DNA of 64,000 nt from a virus: IMG/VR virus record IMGVR_UViG_3300046517_002960, positions 126,217 to 190,216 of that record. One strand, given 5' to 3'. The notes beneath the pieces are model-generated. The model had not been told where the DNA came from. It saw only the letters and a list, made by a program, of their open reading frames with translations, and searched no databases. Both the position numbers and the translations under genes were made by a program. Positions within the stretch are counted from its first letter, which is position 1. Every line of letters starts with the position of its first letter. Of the stretch, positions 9,000 through 19,180 are shown one piece after another.

Positions 9000-10678
9000 C
9001 GGCTGCTCACCCCGGTTACCAGGGTCCCCGCCCTGCTGACCCCGGTCTTCATTCCCGGCGCCGCGCTGACCCCGGACTCCGCGCCGCCCGGGGGAGCTGC
9101 CGCGCCCGCTGCGGCCCCGCCGCCTGCGCTCACCCCGGCGGAGGCGTACCCCCTGACCACGCGGGCTGGCGGCCCCGGCGCGACCGCGGCGGCCTGGGCG
9201 GCCCCGGCCAGCGCGAGTACCCGCGGCAGCGGCTGCCCCGCGGTTCCCGTGACGGCGGCCAGCCCGGGGAAGATCAGGCGGCCGTAGGCAACCTGCACGA
9301 TGGCAGGCGCGGCGCCCGTCGCGGCGGCCAGCCCGGCCAGCGCGATCTTCCCGCTGCCGGCGCCTGCCTGCGGCGCTGCTGCTGTCGCGGCAGCCAGCCC
9401 GGCGCTGACCGCGATCGCGTACCCGGCCGGGCTGAACGCTGCCCCGGCGGCGGCGGCGGGTCCCGGCTGGGCAGTCGCGAACGCGAACGTGAAGGCGGTC
9501 GCGGCCGGCGCGGCCCCGGCCGAGGCAGCCAGGCCGGCGGTTGCCGCGATCGCGTACCCGGCCGGGCTGAGCGCCGTCCCGGCAGCGGAAGCCGGCCCGG
9601 CGGTGATCGCGTTCGCGGCGGCCGGGGCGGCAGCAGCCCCGGCAGCGGCGGCCGGGCCTGCGCTGGCGGTGACCGCGTTCGCGGCGGCAGGCTGCGGCGC
9701 CGTCGCGGCCGAGCCGGCCGGGCCTGCGCTGGCGGCGACCGCGTTCGCCGCGGCCGGGGCAGGGGCGGTCGCTGCTGCCGCGGCGAGCCCGGCCGCCGCG
9801 GTTGCCTGGGCGGCGGTAGACACAGCCGGGGCCTGCGCGGTGCCCGTAGCGGCAGCGAGCCCGGTCAGCGTGGCGGTACCCGGCTGGGCAGCCGGGGCGG
9901 TAGCGGCGGTCGCGGCGAGCCGGGCAGCTGCCGCGGTCGCGGCCACCGGGAGCCCCGCGGCGCCCGCGGCGGCTGCTGCCCCGGCCGTCGCGGTGACCAC
10001 AGCTGCGGGCGGCGGGCCGGATGCGGCTGCGGCGGCCAGCCCGGCAAGCCCGGCGCCCTGCGCGAAGATCACGGCAGCCGGAGCCGGTGCGGTGCCCGTC
10101 GCGGCTGCTGTCCCGGCGGTCGCGGTGACGGCCGGCCCGGCAGCAGCAGCAGCAGTCCCGCTCACGGCAGCTGCCCCGGGGGCCACGGTGATGACTGCTG
10201 CCGGGGTGACCACTGCCGCGGGCTGCCGGGACGCCAGCGTTAGCAGGCCAGTGAACCGGGACGAGCCCGTCCCGCTCGCGCCCGCCGCGGCAGCAGCAGC
10301 CAGGCCAGCCAGCGCGATTGCGTACGGGATCCCGGTTGGCACGTACGACACTGCCAGCGCGGCGTAATCCACCGAGGCCACCGAGCCCGGCGCGGCCGAT
10401 CCCTGGTCCGCGTAGATCAGCAGCCGGAGCCCGGCTAGCTGGTCCCAGGACGGCGCCGGGAACGCCACCGTGTCATAGTGGCCGGCGCTCGTGCTGGCCT
10501 GCCCGGACGCCGTGCCGATCAGGGTCCCGAACTGGTCGCGGAGCTCGTACCGCAGCGGGCTCATCCCGCCGATCGACATCCGGCAGTGAACCGACGCCGT
10601 TACCGAGTCGATCTCATCAGGCGGCACCGGGCCGGTGACCGTGAACCCGGACAGCTCGAGCGCGGGTGACGTGCTCAC
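8996..10678 (-). CDS. Ala/Thr/Pro-rich virion fibre-like protein with N-terminal beta-sandwich
   Basis: 560 aa; AGLAAA.G.A..P repeats; GTGA coupling at both ends. Confidence 0.7.
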   Translation of the reverse strand: MSTSPALELSGFTVTGPVPPDEIDSVTASVHCRMSIGGMSPLRYELRDQFGTLIGTASGQASTSAGHYDTVAFPAPSWDQLAGLRLLIYADQGSAAPGSVASVDYAALAVSYVPTGIPYAIALAGLAAAAAAGASGTGSSRFTGLLTLASRQPAAVVTPAAVITVAPGAAAVSGTAAAAAGPAVTATAGTAAATGTAPAPAAVIFAQGAGLAGLAAAAASGPPPAAVVTATAGAAAAAGAAGLPVAATAAAARLAATAATAPAAQPGTATLTGLAAATGTAQAPAVSTAAQATAAAGLAAAAATAPAPAAANAVAASAGPAGSAATAPQPAAANAVTASAGPAAAAGAAAAPAAANAITAGPASAAGTALSPAGYAIAATAGLAASAGAAPAATAFTFAFATAQPGPAAAAGAAFSPAGYAIAVSAGLAAATAAAPQAGAGSGKIALAGLAAATGAAPAIVQVAYGRLIFPGLAAVTGTAGQPLPRVLALAGAAQAAAVAPGPPARVVRGYASAGVSAGGGAAAGAAAPPGGAESGVSAAPGMKTGVSRAGTLVTGVSSR

Positions 10679-13600
10679 GGCACGGCCCAGGTCGCGACGT
10701 TGCCGTCATCGGCGAGGGCGTTGCCGGGGTTGACCCAGGTCCCGGTGCCGCCCGGCAGCACAGCTGCGGCGCCGGGCGGGAACGGCCCGGACGTGACCGC
10801 GGCGCGGATCGCCGGGGCGGGCGCGGCAGCCGTGGCCGCGGCCAGCCTGGCGGAACCCGTCCCGGCCGCGGCCGTCGTGATGACCGGCGCGGGCGCGGTT
10901 CCTGCCGCTGCGGCCAGGCCGGGCCGTGCGATGACGGCCAGCGCCGGAGCCAGGGCCGTGCCCGCCGCTGCAGCCAGCCCGGCCAGCGCGGCTGGCGATG
11001 CGGTGCCCTGCGCGGCTGTGCCCGCCGCGGCAGCCAGCCCGGCCAGCGCGGTGGCCGCTGCCGCGGGTGCCAGCCCGGTGCCTGTCGCGGCGGCTAGCCC
11101 GGCCAGGGCTGTCGCCTGGGTGACCGTGCTCACACCCGGAGCCGGGGCCGTGCCTGTCGCGGCAGCCAGCCCGGCCGGGGCTGTCGCCTGGGTGACCGTG
11201 CTCACGGCCGGAGCCAGCGCGATGCCCGCTGCCGCGGCCAGCCCGGCCAGGCCGGTAACTGCCGGCCCCGGAGCCGGCCCGGTGCCCGCCGCAGCTGCCA
11301 GCCCGGTCAGCACGGTAATAGCACGGGCCGGACCCGGGGCGGTGCCCGCTGCGGTAGCCGGCCCGGCCAGCGCATCCGGCACTGCTGTCAGGGCCGGGGC
11401 CGTACCCGTGGCGGCGGCCAGCCCGGCGGCTGCGGTGACAGCGGCAGCCGGGGCCGGGGCAGTGCCGGATGCGCTGGCCAGCCCGGCCGGCGCAACCACG
11501 TTGGAGGAAGTCGATATGACCGGGGCCGGGGCCGTGGCAGCTGCGCTGGCCAGGCCGGGCCGCCCGGCAGCGCCCGGCGCGGGAGCGGTCGCAGCTGCCT
11601 GGGCCAGGCCCGCGCTGGCGGTGACGCCAGGAACCGGCCCGGCAGCCGTGCCCGCGGCAACGGCCAGCCCGGCCAGCGAGATGGCAGCCGCAGCCGGAGC
11701 GGGAGCCGTGCCCGCCGCCACAGCCAGGCCGGCCAGTGCGGTGACCACTGCGGCCGGGGCAGGCGCGGTCGCGGCGGCCAGCCCGGCAGCGGGGGCGGCC
11801 GTGACCGCTGCGACGGGCTGCGACGCGATGCCGGCCGCGGAAGCGAGCCCGGCCGGAGCTGTCGTCTGGGTGATCGTGCTCACGCCCGGCGCGGGAGCTG
11901 TGCCCGCCGCCAGGGCCGGGCCGGCCAGCGCGGTGACGCCCGCCGCGGGAGCCGGGGCGGTACTCGTCGCCAGGGCCGGCCCGGGCAGGGCGGTAACGGT
12001 CCGGGCCGGCCCTGGCGCTGTTCCCGTCGCGGCTGCCAGCCCGGCGGGCGCAGTGACCGCTGCTGCCGGCGCGGGCGCGGAGCCCGCCGCCGCAGCCAGC
12101 CCGGCGGGCGCAGTGATAATCGCTGCCGGCGCGGACGCGGTGCCTGTCGCGGCGGCGAGCCCGGGGAATACGGTAACTGCGCTCGTTGCCGCGATGGCTG
12201 GGACAGGCGCGGTAGCAGTTGCGGTGGCCAGCCCGGCCAGGCCCGTGACGACGGACTGCGCGGCGGGCGCGGTAGCAGTTGCGGTGGCCAGCCCGGGGAG
12301 CGCGGTGACGACGGCAGCCGGGGCGGGCGCGGTGCCTGCTGCGGTGGCCAGCCCGGGGAGCGCGGTGACCTTTGCCGCCGGCGCAGGTGCGGTAGCAGTT
12401 GCGGTGGCCAGCCCGGGGAGCGCGGTGACCTTTGCCGCCGGCGCAGGTGCGGTAGCAGTGGCGGTGGCCAGTCCGGGGAACACCGTAACTGCGCTCGTTG
12501 CCGCGATGGCCGGGGCAGGCGCAGCGGCTGATGCGGTGGCTGCGCCGGGGGCCACGGTGATGGCTGCTGCCGGGGTGACCACTGCCGCGGGCTGCCGGGA
12601 CGCCAGCGCCAGCAGGCCGGTGAAACGGGACGTGCCCGTACCGCTCGCGCCCGCCGCGCTGGCAGCTGCCAGGCCGGCCTGCGCGGTCACCCCGGTGACA
12701 AACGTCTCGGTCCGGGTGACCTGCGCCACTCCGGCCGCGGCGTCCCAGCCGCTGAACGTGAGCGAGATCGCGCTGCCGGTATCGGTAACGGCAACCCGGC
12801 CGTACAGCCGGCACTCCCCGCCGCTGTTGTTGTAGAACGCGGTGAACGTGCCGGTGTAGAGGCCGCCGCCCGTGTTCAGCATCGGCGCCGCGCACCAGAC
12901 CGGGAACCCGCCCCAGGTGTTAGCCGCCGCGGTGGCGTACCCGACCAGGTGCGTGTCGCCGTGCCAGAGCATGACGTTGCCCACCTGAGCCGCGTTGGCC
13001 GCGATGTAGGCGAGGATCGCCTGCCGCTCAGTGTCGTAGGACCACCACTTGTCCGGGCCGTTGGAGGTGGTCGCCGTTCCCATCCAGCCCGGGTCGGAGA
13101 TGATGATCTTCAGCGGCTCGCTCTGGATGAGCTGGGTTTTCAGCCAGGCCAGCTGAGCCGCGCCCAGCATGGTCTTGGAGCTGTCGTCGGTGGCCGCACC
13201 GGGGGACCGGTCCAGGTTCCGGACGTCGGTCATGATGTACCGGATCCGGCCCGCGACCCAGGACTGGTACAGCCCGCGCGGCGGGACGCCCGCGTCACCG
13301 AGGGTGCCGAACGGGAAGACCTGCTGGGCAGCAGCTATGTTCGTAGCGGTGTACGTGTTATTCGAGTCGCCGTTGTCCGGGCCGGCCTCATGATCGGATC
13401 TACAGTAGAAGCCCCAGCGGGTGGACACCATCGACCCCAGCGACGGCACCCCGGCGATCTGCGACTCGAAGACTCCCACCTGTGTGGGAGTGTCCGTGCT
13501 GGTCGTACCGGAGTAGTCGAAGTCCCCGGTGAAGACGTTCAGGTCAGCGTCGTAGGACACCCAGTCGGTGATGGCCGCGTCCGTGGCCGGCGGGGTGGTC

Positions 13601-15486
13601 GTGTCGTTCCCGGCGATGCAGCTCGCGAACGCGACGGTGTAGCTCTGCGGTGTCCCCGTCGCGGGCAGGGTCTTAGCCTGCCCGACCGGGCCGATCGGCG
13701 TCTCGGCGCCGCCTGCCGGGGTGTCGGCGAGCTGGAGGTAGTACCGGGTCCTCGCGGCCAGCCCGGTGACCGAGTAGCGGACGTAGCCCAGGGAGTCCGG
13801 GGCCTGCGCCGCCACGTACGACGGCGAGGTCATGGACGGGCTGAGCGAGTAAGCCAGACGGCAGGACGTGGCGCCGGACGTCTTGGCCACGGCTTGCACG
13901 CTGGACGCGGACGCCGCGCCCGCGACTACCTGCCGGACCACGCCGGGCAGCGGGACGACCGGGGCCGCCTTGATGGCGAGCAGCAGCCCGGCACTGGTCC
14001 GCGCGTTCGTCGTTGACCCGGCCTGGCTGCCGGTCGCACCCGCGGCGGGCTGGGTCACGGTGGCGATCAGCACGCCCGTGTTAGTGGTGCCGCTGCCGGA
14101 GCTGGTGGCCTGGCTGACCCCGGACGGGACGGAGTACCCGGACGGCGGCGTGATCGTGTCGGGCACGCTGCCCTGCGCGCTGGTTGCGGTCGTCGCGCCC
14201 AGCCAGGCCAGGGCGTCCCCGGAGACGGCGGTGGTGACCGACGCGGCCGTGACGGCGGTGACGGTGAGGTTGACCTGGCCGGACCCGGGGGTGTCGGACG
14301 GGTCGAAGGGGTGGGCCGTGCTGGTGACGGGAACCACGCCGACAACCGCGCTCCAGGCGTGCGACGTGCTGATCGTCAGCGTGTAGGAGCCGCTGGCGGC
14401 GGCCTTGGCCACGTCCGTGCTGTCGGCGATCTTGGAGAACAGCTGGGCTGACATACCGGTTCCGGACACCGCGGTCTGCGCGGTAAGGCTGTCCCCGGCC
14501 TGGCTGGTCCAGGTCATCGTCGGGAACCCGCACGCCGCCCAGATGAAGATCAGGTCCCCGGCCGCGCACTGCAGCGCGGGCACCGCCAGGGTGGCGGACC
14601 CGGCGCCGGTCGTGACGCACTGCGCGGCCCGCAGCGGCGGCGGCACGACCGGTGCCGCTGCGGGCGCGGTGGCAGCGGCAGCAGCCGTCGCGGGGGCCAC
14701 GGACATCGCGAACCCGGGCCGCTGGGGCAGGGTCGGCGCCCAGGGCAGGCGCTGGAAGTTCATCGGGGAGCGCAGGCCGGGCGGGATCGCCGGCGCTCCG
14801 CCCGGGTACAGCACGGGAACGGCTCCTACGACCGCGCCGGGAATGGCGACCAGCAGCGCGCCGCCGTTCTGGGCGGTGGACAGGATGCCGGCGGGCGCGC
14901 CCGGGTCGCCGGGGCTGGCCTGGACCAGGGTGCCGACCTGGGTGCCGACGCCGGCGCCAGCGCCACCCGTGCTGACCTGGGAGCCCTGCGCGGCATAGCC
15001 CGCCGGTACGGTGATCGCGGGATAGGGCGGGGCGCCGGAGCGGTGCGCGCCGATCCAGACCAGCAGGTCCCCGGTGCCGGTGGTGGTGCCGGGGTCGTTC
15101 GACGGGATCGACGTGCCGGTGGTAGCCAGCATCGCGCCCGAGGCCGCGGGCACGGACGGGTCGAACAGCGCGGGGTCCACGCCGGACAGGGCGATCGCGG
15201 TCAGCACGACGAACCGGTTGGTGCCGCCGGTCACGCTGACGGTCAGGGTGGCGCCCTCAGTGCCGTCCGCGGCCTTCCAGAACAGCCGGGATTCGATGTT
15301 GTTCCCGATGCTGGCCGCCGCCGCGCTGAACCCGGCGGGGCCGGTGAAGGACGCCGGGGTCTGCTGTGCCACGGCCCACAGCAAGATGAGCTGCCCGTTC
15401 GCCGTGGCCGGGTTGTTTACCGCCTGACTGGCGACGGTGGCCGCGGAGGCCGCCTGGGTGATGGCGACGAGTCCCGGGGTCGGCAC
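10675..15486 (-). CDS. Giant virion protein (1603 aa): lectin-like N-domains, PhoD-type alkaline phosphatase domain, Ala/Thr repeats
   Basis: VAFASC, VFTGDFDY, RSDHEAG, MTDVRNLDR, MLGAAQLAWLK, WHGDTH are PhoD motifs. Confidence 0.8.
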   Translation of the reverse strand: MPTPGLVAITQAASAATVASQAVNNPATANGQLILLWAVAQQTPASFTGPAGFSAAAASIGNNIESRLFWKAADGTEGATLTVSVTGGTNRFVVLTAIALSGVDPALFDPSVPAASGAMLATTGTSIPSNDPGTTTGTGDLLVWIGAHRSGAPPYPAITVPAGYAAQGSQVSTGGAGAGVGTQVGTLVQASPGDPGAPAGILSTAQNGGALLVAIPGAVVGAVPVLYPGGAPAIPPGLRSPMNFQRLPWAPTLPQRPGFAMSVAPATAAAAATAPAAAPVVPPPLRAAQCVTTGAGSATLAVPALQCAAGDLIFIWAACGFPTMTWTSQAGDSLTAQTAVSGTGMSAQLFSKIADSTDVAKAAASGSYTLTISTSHAWSAVVGVVPVTSTAHPFDPSDTPGSGQVNLTVTAVTAASVTTAVSGDALAWLGATTATSAQGSVPDTITPPSGYSVPSGVSQATSSGSGTTNTGVLIATVTQPAAGATGSQAGSTTNARTSAGLLLAIKAAPVVPLPGVVRQVVAGAASASSVQAVAKTSGATSCRLAYSLSPSMTSPSYVAAQAPDSLGYVRYSVTGLAARTRYYLQLADTPAGGAETPIGPVGQAKTLPATGTPQSYTVAFASCIAGNDTTTPPATDAAITDWVSYDADLNVFTGDFDYSGTTSTDTPTQVGVFESQIAGVPSLGSMVSTRWGFYCRSDHEAGPDNGDSNNTYTATNIAAAQQVFPFGTLGDAGVPPRGLYQSWVAGRIRYIMTDVRNLDRSPGAATDDSSKTMLGAAQLAWLKTQLIQSEPLKIIISDPGWMGTATTSNGPDKWWSYDTERQAILAYIAANAAQVGNVMLWHGDTHLVGYATAAANTWGGFPVWCAAPMLNTGGGLYTGTFTAFYNNSGGECRLYGRVAVTDTGSAISLTFSGWDAAAGVAQVTRTETFVTGVTAQAGLAAASAAGASGTGTSRFTGLLALASRQPAAVVTPAAAITVAPGAATASAAAPAPAIAATSAVTVFPGLATATATAPAPAAKVTALPGLATATATAPAPAAKVTALPGLATAAGTAPAPAAVVTALPGLATATATAPAAQSVVTGLAGLATATATAPVPAIAATSAVTVFPGLAAATGTASAPAAIITAPAGLAAAAGSAPAPAAAVTAPAGLAAATGTAPGPARTVTALPGPALATSTAPAPAAGVTALAGPALAAGTAPAPGVSTITQTTAPAGLASAAGIASQPVAAVTAAPAAGLAAATAPAPAAVVTALAGLAVAAGTAPAPAAAAISLAGLAVAAGTAAGPVPGVTASAGLAQAAATAPAPGAAGRPGLASAAATAPAPVISTSSNVVAPAGLASASGTAPAPAAAVTAAAGLAAATGTAPALTAVPDALAGPATAAGTAPGPARAITVLTGLAAAAGTGPAPGPAVTGLAGLAAAAGIALAPAVSTVTQATAPAGLAAATGTAPAPGVSTVTQATALAGLAAATGTGLAPAAAATALAGLAAAAGTAAQGTASPAALAGLAAAAGTALAPALAVIARPGLAAAAGTAPAPVITTAAAGTGSARLAAATAAAPAPAIRAAVTSGPFPPGAAAVLPGGTGTWVNPGNALADDGNVATWAVP
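12181..12480 (-). repeat. About five tandem 60-nt coding repeats (PGLATATATAPAPAAKVTAL-like)
   Basis: Near-identical gcggtagcagttgcggtggccagcccggggag units at 60-nt period. Confidence 0.85.
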
Positions 15487-15505
15487 CGTGCCTCACCCCC
15501 TGGTA

Positions 15506-16111
15506 TCAGCAGAGCATTTCGACGGCCCACTGCGTGAGCTGCACGGTCGCGTTCGCCCCGGCCAGCGTGCCGCGCAGGCTGAGGCCCTGCTGCTGGGTGG
15601 TGTCGACTGCCGCGTTCGTCTCGCCGGACACGCTCGGCGCGGGCAGGAAGGTCGCGTTGGCGGTGCCGATGGCGGGCGCGGTGACGTTGGACTGGAAGGT
15701 GAACTCGCCCTGGGTGGCCACCGTGTTACCGGCGGTGGCCACGTTGGTACAGCGGATCAGGGCCTCGAATCGCCACTGGATGCCGGTCAGCGCGCCCGTG
15801 CCGGTGGTCAGCCCCGGCGTCGTGGCCAGCGTGATGTAGGTGGCGCCGGCGTTGCCGACCCGGGCGGCCAGCAGCCCGGTGAATGTGGTGGAGGTGGCCG
15901 TGGTGGTGATGAACCCGCGGGCCGTGACCCGGATCTGGACGCCGTTCTCCCAGCCCTGGTAGAAACCTTCCGCGTTGACCTGGGCGACGTCGGCGCTGCC
16001 CCCGGTGACCGGGGACAGCGTGGCGGTGGCCGCGGTGCTCAGCGCGGCGCCGGCGCCGGAGCCGTGCGGGGTGGCCGGGGAGAGCAGCGACACCCAGTTC
16101 TGTGACGTCAT
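15506..16111 (-). CDS. Virion structural protein (beta-rich)
   Basis: 201 aa, Thr/Ala/Gly-rich, WRFEALIRC; in operon. Confidence 0.7.
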   Translation of the reverse strand: MTSQNWVSLLSPATPHGSGAGAALSTAATATLSPVTGGSADVAQVNAEGFYQGWENGVQIRVTARGFITTTATSTTFTGLLAARVGNAGATYITLATTPGLTTGTGALTGIQWRFEALIRCTNVATAGNTVATQGEFTFQSNVTAPAIGTANATFLPAPSVSGETNAAVDTTQQQGLSLRGTLAGANATVQLTQWAVEMLC

Positions 16112-16174
16112 CGCGGCCTCACGTTCGCTGTCTGGTTCGCCGGGTACCCGGGCATGGCTCCTCCTGGAAAACCG

Positions 16175-17953
16175 CTAGTTGATCTTGAACCCGATGCACG
16201 GGCAGGATCCGGCGGCGGTCCCGGCGGTGGCCGCCGCGCCGGCCGGGAAGGTGCCGGGCAGCACGCCGGCCGACTGGCCGGTGAGCTGCCAGGCCATCGC
16301 CTTGCCGGGGGTGCCGGCCACCCAGGCGGCGGCGGGCAGGTAGGGGGACGGGCCGTTGATGGCGCGGAGCTGGGAGGCGGTGGTGCCGAGCGCGTCGATC
16401 TTGGCCACCAGCCAGTACAAGCCGGGGTCCAGCGGCTGGTTCAGCGAGCCGCCGCCGGAGGCCGGGGACTGCTTCATCCCGGTGGTGGTGCCGAGCGCGA
16501 GCGCCCCGCCGCCAGTGAGCTCGGTGATCAGGCAGCAGGGGTACCCGGACCACAGCACGTCGTCGTAGACGGCCCACCGGATCGAGGACCCGGAGGTGGC
16601 CGGCGCGTTGATCTGCTCTACCTGCAGCCCGATCCACCGCTCGCGGCCTTCGGTGACCACGACCGGGATAGCGAACATGTGCCCGGCCACGGCGGTGTAG
16701 GCGGTGGCGTCCCACGCGCCGATCTCGGGGATGCACCACTGCCCGGACTGGCGGGGCAGCCGCATCCCGGCGGCCAGCGGCGCATCCGTATTGAGGTAGG
16801 CGGCGTCGCCCAGCGGCCCCTCGGGGTACAGGGTCCGCACCGCGGCGATCACCGCGTCGGCGCAGCGGGCCGCGCCGTACTCGTTAGGGTGCACGCCGTC
16901 CGGGCAGATCGTGGTGGTGACCCCGGCCGGGGCTCCCGCGGGAGGGACGCCCTTGGCCAGGGCGGTGTCCAGGTCAGCTATCTGCACCATGGACCCGAAC
17001 TCGGCCACCACGGCCAGCAGGTCGGCGTTGAAGTTGTTCACGTCGGCGTCCGCGCCGGCCTGGCTGCCGGACCAGGTGGGGTACCCGGCGTAGCCGGCGG
17101 TGGTCAGCCTGGCGACGTTGCACACAATGACCGGGCCGGGGTTGTCCGCTTCCAGCCACCAGGCGTCGAACCCGACGCCGCCGCTGGCGTCCACGCTGGC
17201 AACGGTCATGATGATGGTCTTGTTAACATCGGCGGCGGTGCCCCGGACCCGGACGGTGACCGGGCAGTGCGTCCCGGCCGTCATGATGTTGCTCACGGAC
17301 AGCGGCTGGATGGCCTGCAGGGCCGGGACGACCGAGGCGGTCCCGGTGAAGGTGACGGTGCCGCCGAACACGCCGCCCGCGCCGACGAAGGACAGCGCGA
17401 TCATCTCGCCGGCGTAGTCCGCGGGCAGCGTGATGGTGCCGTTGGCGTTAGTGGTGGCGGTGGCGTTGCGGATGGTGGTCCCGCTCGCGAAGTCCTGGGT
17501 GCCGCCCGCGCTGGTCCAGCCGGCCCCCCAGGCGATGGAGGCGTCCGAGTCTTCCTTAACCGAGGTAGCCCGCCACCGGGAAATGCAGGTGCGCAGAGCG
17601 TACTTCCAGGCCGTGCGGATCTGCGTGGTGTTGCCGGAGAACCCGATGTCGTTGATGCCCCAGCACAGCATGACACCACCGCCCTGAGCCGCGTACGGCG
17701 CGGTGCGCTGAGACTTGAGAACCTCCTGCAGCACCCGCGCGTAGCCGCCCTGAGAGCGGCCCTGCTGGACTAGCTGGGAGCCGGTCACGCAGTGGTTGCG
17801 CCAGCTGACGTGCTCGATGTCCAGCGCAGTCCGCAGCACCGCGTCCATCCGCCCCGTCTGGTACAGCGTCCCCACTGTCGTCATCAGGTAACTGTGGCCG
17901 AACGCCTCCCAGTAGCCGGGGAGCTGGCGGACGGGAGCCGGGGTCAGCGGCAC
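16175..17953 (-). CDS. SGNH/GDSL hydrolase-domain virion protein
   Basis: WEAFGHSY (block I), WGINDI (block III), PDGVHPN (block V). Confidence 0.8.
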   Translation of the reverse strand: MPLTPAPVRQLPGYWEAFGHSYLMTTVGTLYQTGRMDAVLRTALDIEHVSWRNHCVTGSQLVQQGRSQGGYARVLQEVLKSQRTAPYAAQGGGVMLCWGINDIGFSGNTTQIRTAWKYALRTCISRWRATSVKEDSDASIAWGAGWTSAGGTQDFASGTTIRNATATTNANGTITLPADYAGEMIALSFVGAGGVFGGTVTFTGTASVVPALQAIQPLSVSNIMTAGTHCPVTVRVRGTAADVNKTIIMTVASVDASGGVGFDAWWLEADNPGPVIVCNVARLTTAGYAGYPTWSGSQAGADADVNNFNADLLAVVAEFGSMVQIADLDTALAKGVPPAGAPAGVTTTICPDGVHPNEYGAARCADAVIAAVRTLYPEGPLGDAAYLNTDAPLAAGMRLPRQSGQWCIPEIGAWDATAYTAVAGHMFAIPVVVTEGRERWIGLQVEQINAPATSGSSIRWAVYDDVLWSGYPCCLITELTGGGALALGTTTGMKQSPASGGGSLNQPLDPGLYWLVAKIDALGTTASQLRAINGPSPYLPAAAWVAGTPGKAMAWQLTGQSAGVLPGTFPAGAAATAGTAAGSCPCIGFKIN

Positions 17954-17963
17954 GGCGGCCTCC

Positions 17964-18356
17964 TCACGCGCATGTCGCCGCCGCGCCCAGCATCAGCCCG
18001 CCGGCGCTCATCCCGGCCCAGGACTGGGCGAGCTGGGTGAACTGGACCGGGACCTCCCACCGGTCCCCGGGGTTGAGCAGCCAGTCGTACGTGGTGCTGA
18101 TGGGTATGGTGGCGTCGAACCGGATCCACACCGCGGCGGACGCCGCGCAGGACAGGATGAGCCCGACCCGGGTCACGTCCGCCGGGATCACGCCGGACAG
18201 CCCGGCTGTGGTGACCGTCCACGGCAGGTTGGACAGCGTGCCCTTGGCCGTGCCGCGCACCTCCCGCACGTACTGGTCGTAATCACCGCTGACCTTCTGG
18301 AACGCGCGGACGAGCGTGCCGGAGCCCGCGGTGACCGGGATATCGACATCAGGCAC
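17964..18356 (-). CDS. Virion structural protein
   Basis: 130 aa, beta-rich, operon context. Confidence 0.65.
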   Translation of the reverse strand: MPDVDIPVTAGSGTLVRAFQKVSGDYDQYVREVRGTAKGTLSNLPWTVTTAGLSGVIPADVTRVGLILSCAASAAVWIRFDATIPISTTYDWLLNPGDRWEVPVQFTQLAQSWAGMSAGGLMLGAAATCA

Positions 18357-18389
18357 GGGAACCCCGTCAGGTTGTCACAGTATTGACGC

Positions 18390-18893
18390 CTATACCGCTA
18401 CTTGCATCAGGCCCGCAGCGTTCCACTGGATCGTGAAGGTCCCGGCCGTGACCTGCTGCACACCGCCGAAGCTGTGGAACGCGCAGCCCTGCTTGGCGAC
18501 CGGGGTGGCCAGGGTGAAGTCGTAGAGCAGGTCGCCGTACACGTTCGCCAGCGTGACGTTGCCGGCGCCGCTCGTGTCGGCCCCGTCGAAGGTGATCTGG
18601 TTGGTCGCGGAGATGCCGGTTCCGGAGGTGTAGCCGCCGCCGGAGCCGGTGCCGGTCACGGTCACCCCGCCGGCCGGCCAGTTCGTGTCGGTGATCTCGT
18701 TCGCCGTGATCCACACGCCCGTGTTGTACGCCGAGGCCGCGGCGGCGACCGTCTTGTCCGGCGTCGTGGTGTTGTTGAACAGCGCCGCCTTGAACACGTC
18801 GGTGCTGTTCCACTTGCCGACGAAGCTGCCGGTCGGTGCGAGGGAGTCGGCGATCCACTGCCGGAAGATGTTGCTGTTGGCCCCGAATGCCAT
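18390..18893 (-). CDS. Conserved phage virion protein (baseplate/tail-associated type)
   Basis: DVFKAALF..NEI..WPAGG..TFDGAD..LLYD..FGG..TAGTFTIQW. Confidence 0.7.
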   Translation of the reverse strand: MAFGANSNIFRQWIADSLAPTGSFVGKWNSTDVFKAALFNNTTTPDKTVAAAASAYNTGVWITANEITDTNWPAGGVTVTGTGSGGGYTSGTGISATNQITFDGADTSGAGNVTLANVYGDLLYDFTLATPVAKQGCAFHSFGGVQQVTAGTFTIQWNAAGLMQVAV

Positions 18894-18895
18894 GG

Positions 18896-19168
18896 CTAGG
18901 CCTCCTTCTCCAGCTTGTCCTCAGCAGCCAGGGCGGCGGCCTTGTCGGTCGCGGCCTGCTCCTCGATCGCGTCCGCGGAGACGTTGAGCGAGTGCGCGTG
19001 CTCGCGGGTCGCCTGCGCGGAGGCCATGGCCCCGTCGTAGTCGGCCTGGACCTGATCGCGGCGGGCCTTCGCGGCAGCCGCTGCGTCATCAGCGGGCGGG
19101 CCTTCCCCGTTGCCGAGGTGGACGTCAGGCGGCGGGGCGGCTCCGCCGGCTCCTGGGAGTTCGGGCAT
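18896..19168 (-). CDS. Hypothetical coiled-coil protein
   Basis: Ala-rich helical 90 aa; SD present. Confidence 0.6.
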   Translation of the reverse strand: MPELPGAGGAAPPPDVHLGNGEGPPADDAAAAAKARRDQVQADYDGAMASAQATREHAHSLNVSADAIEEQAATDKAAALAAEDKLEKEA

Positions 19169-19180
19169 GGGGCAGCCCCT

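Noticed and set aside
9300-12895. Long antisense and alternative-frame ORFs (9300..10367, 10700..12835, 10706..12895 and similar)
   Set aside because: Shadows of GC-rich Ala-repeat genes; stop codons are scarce at this GC content.
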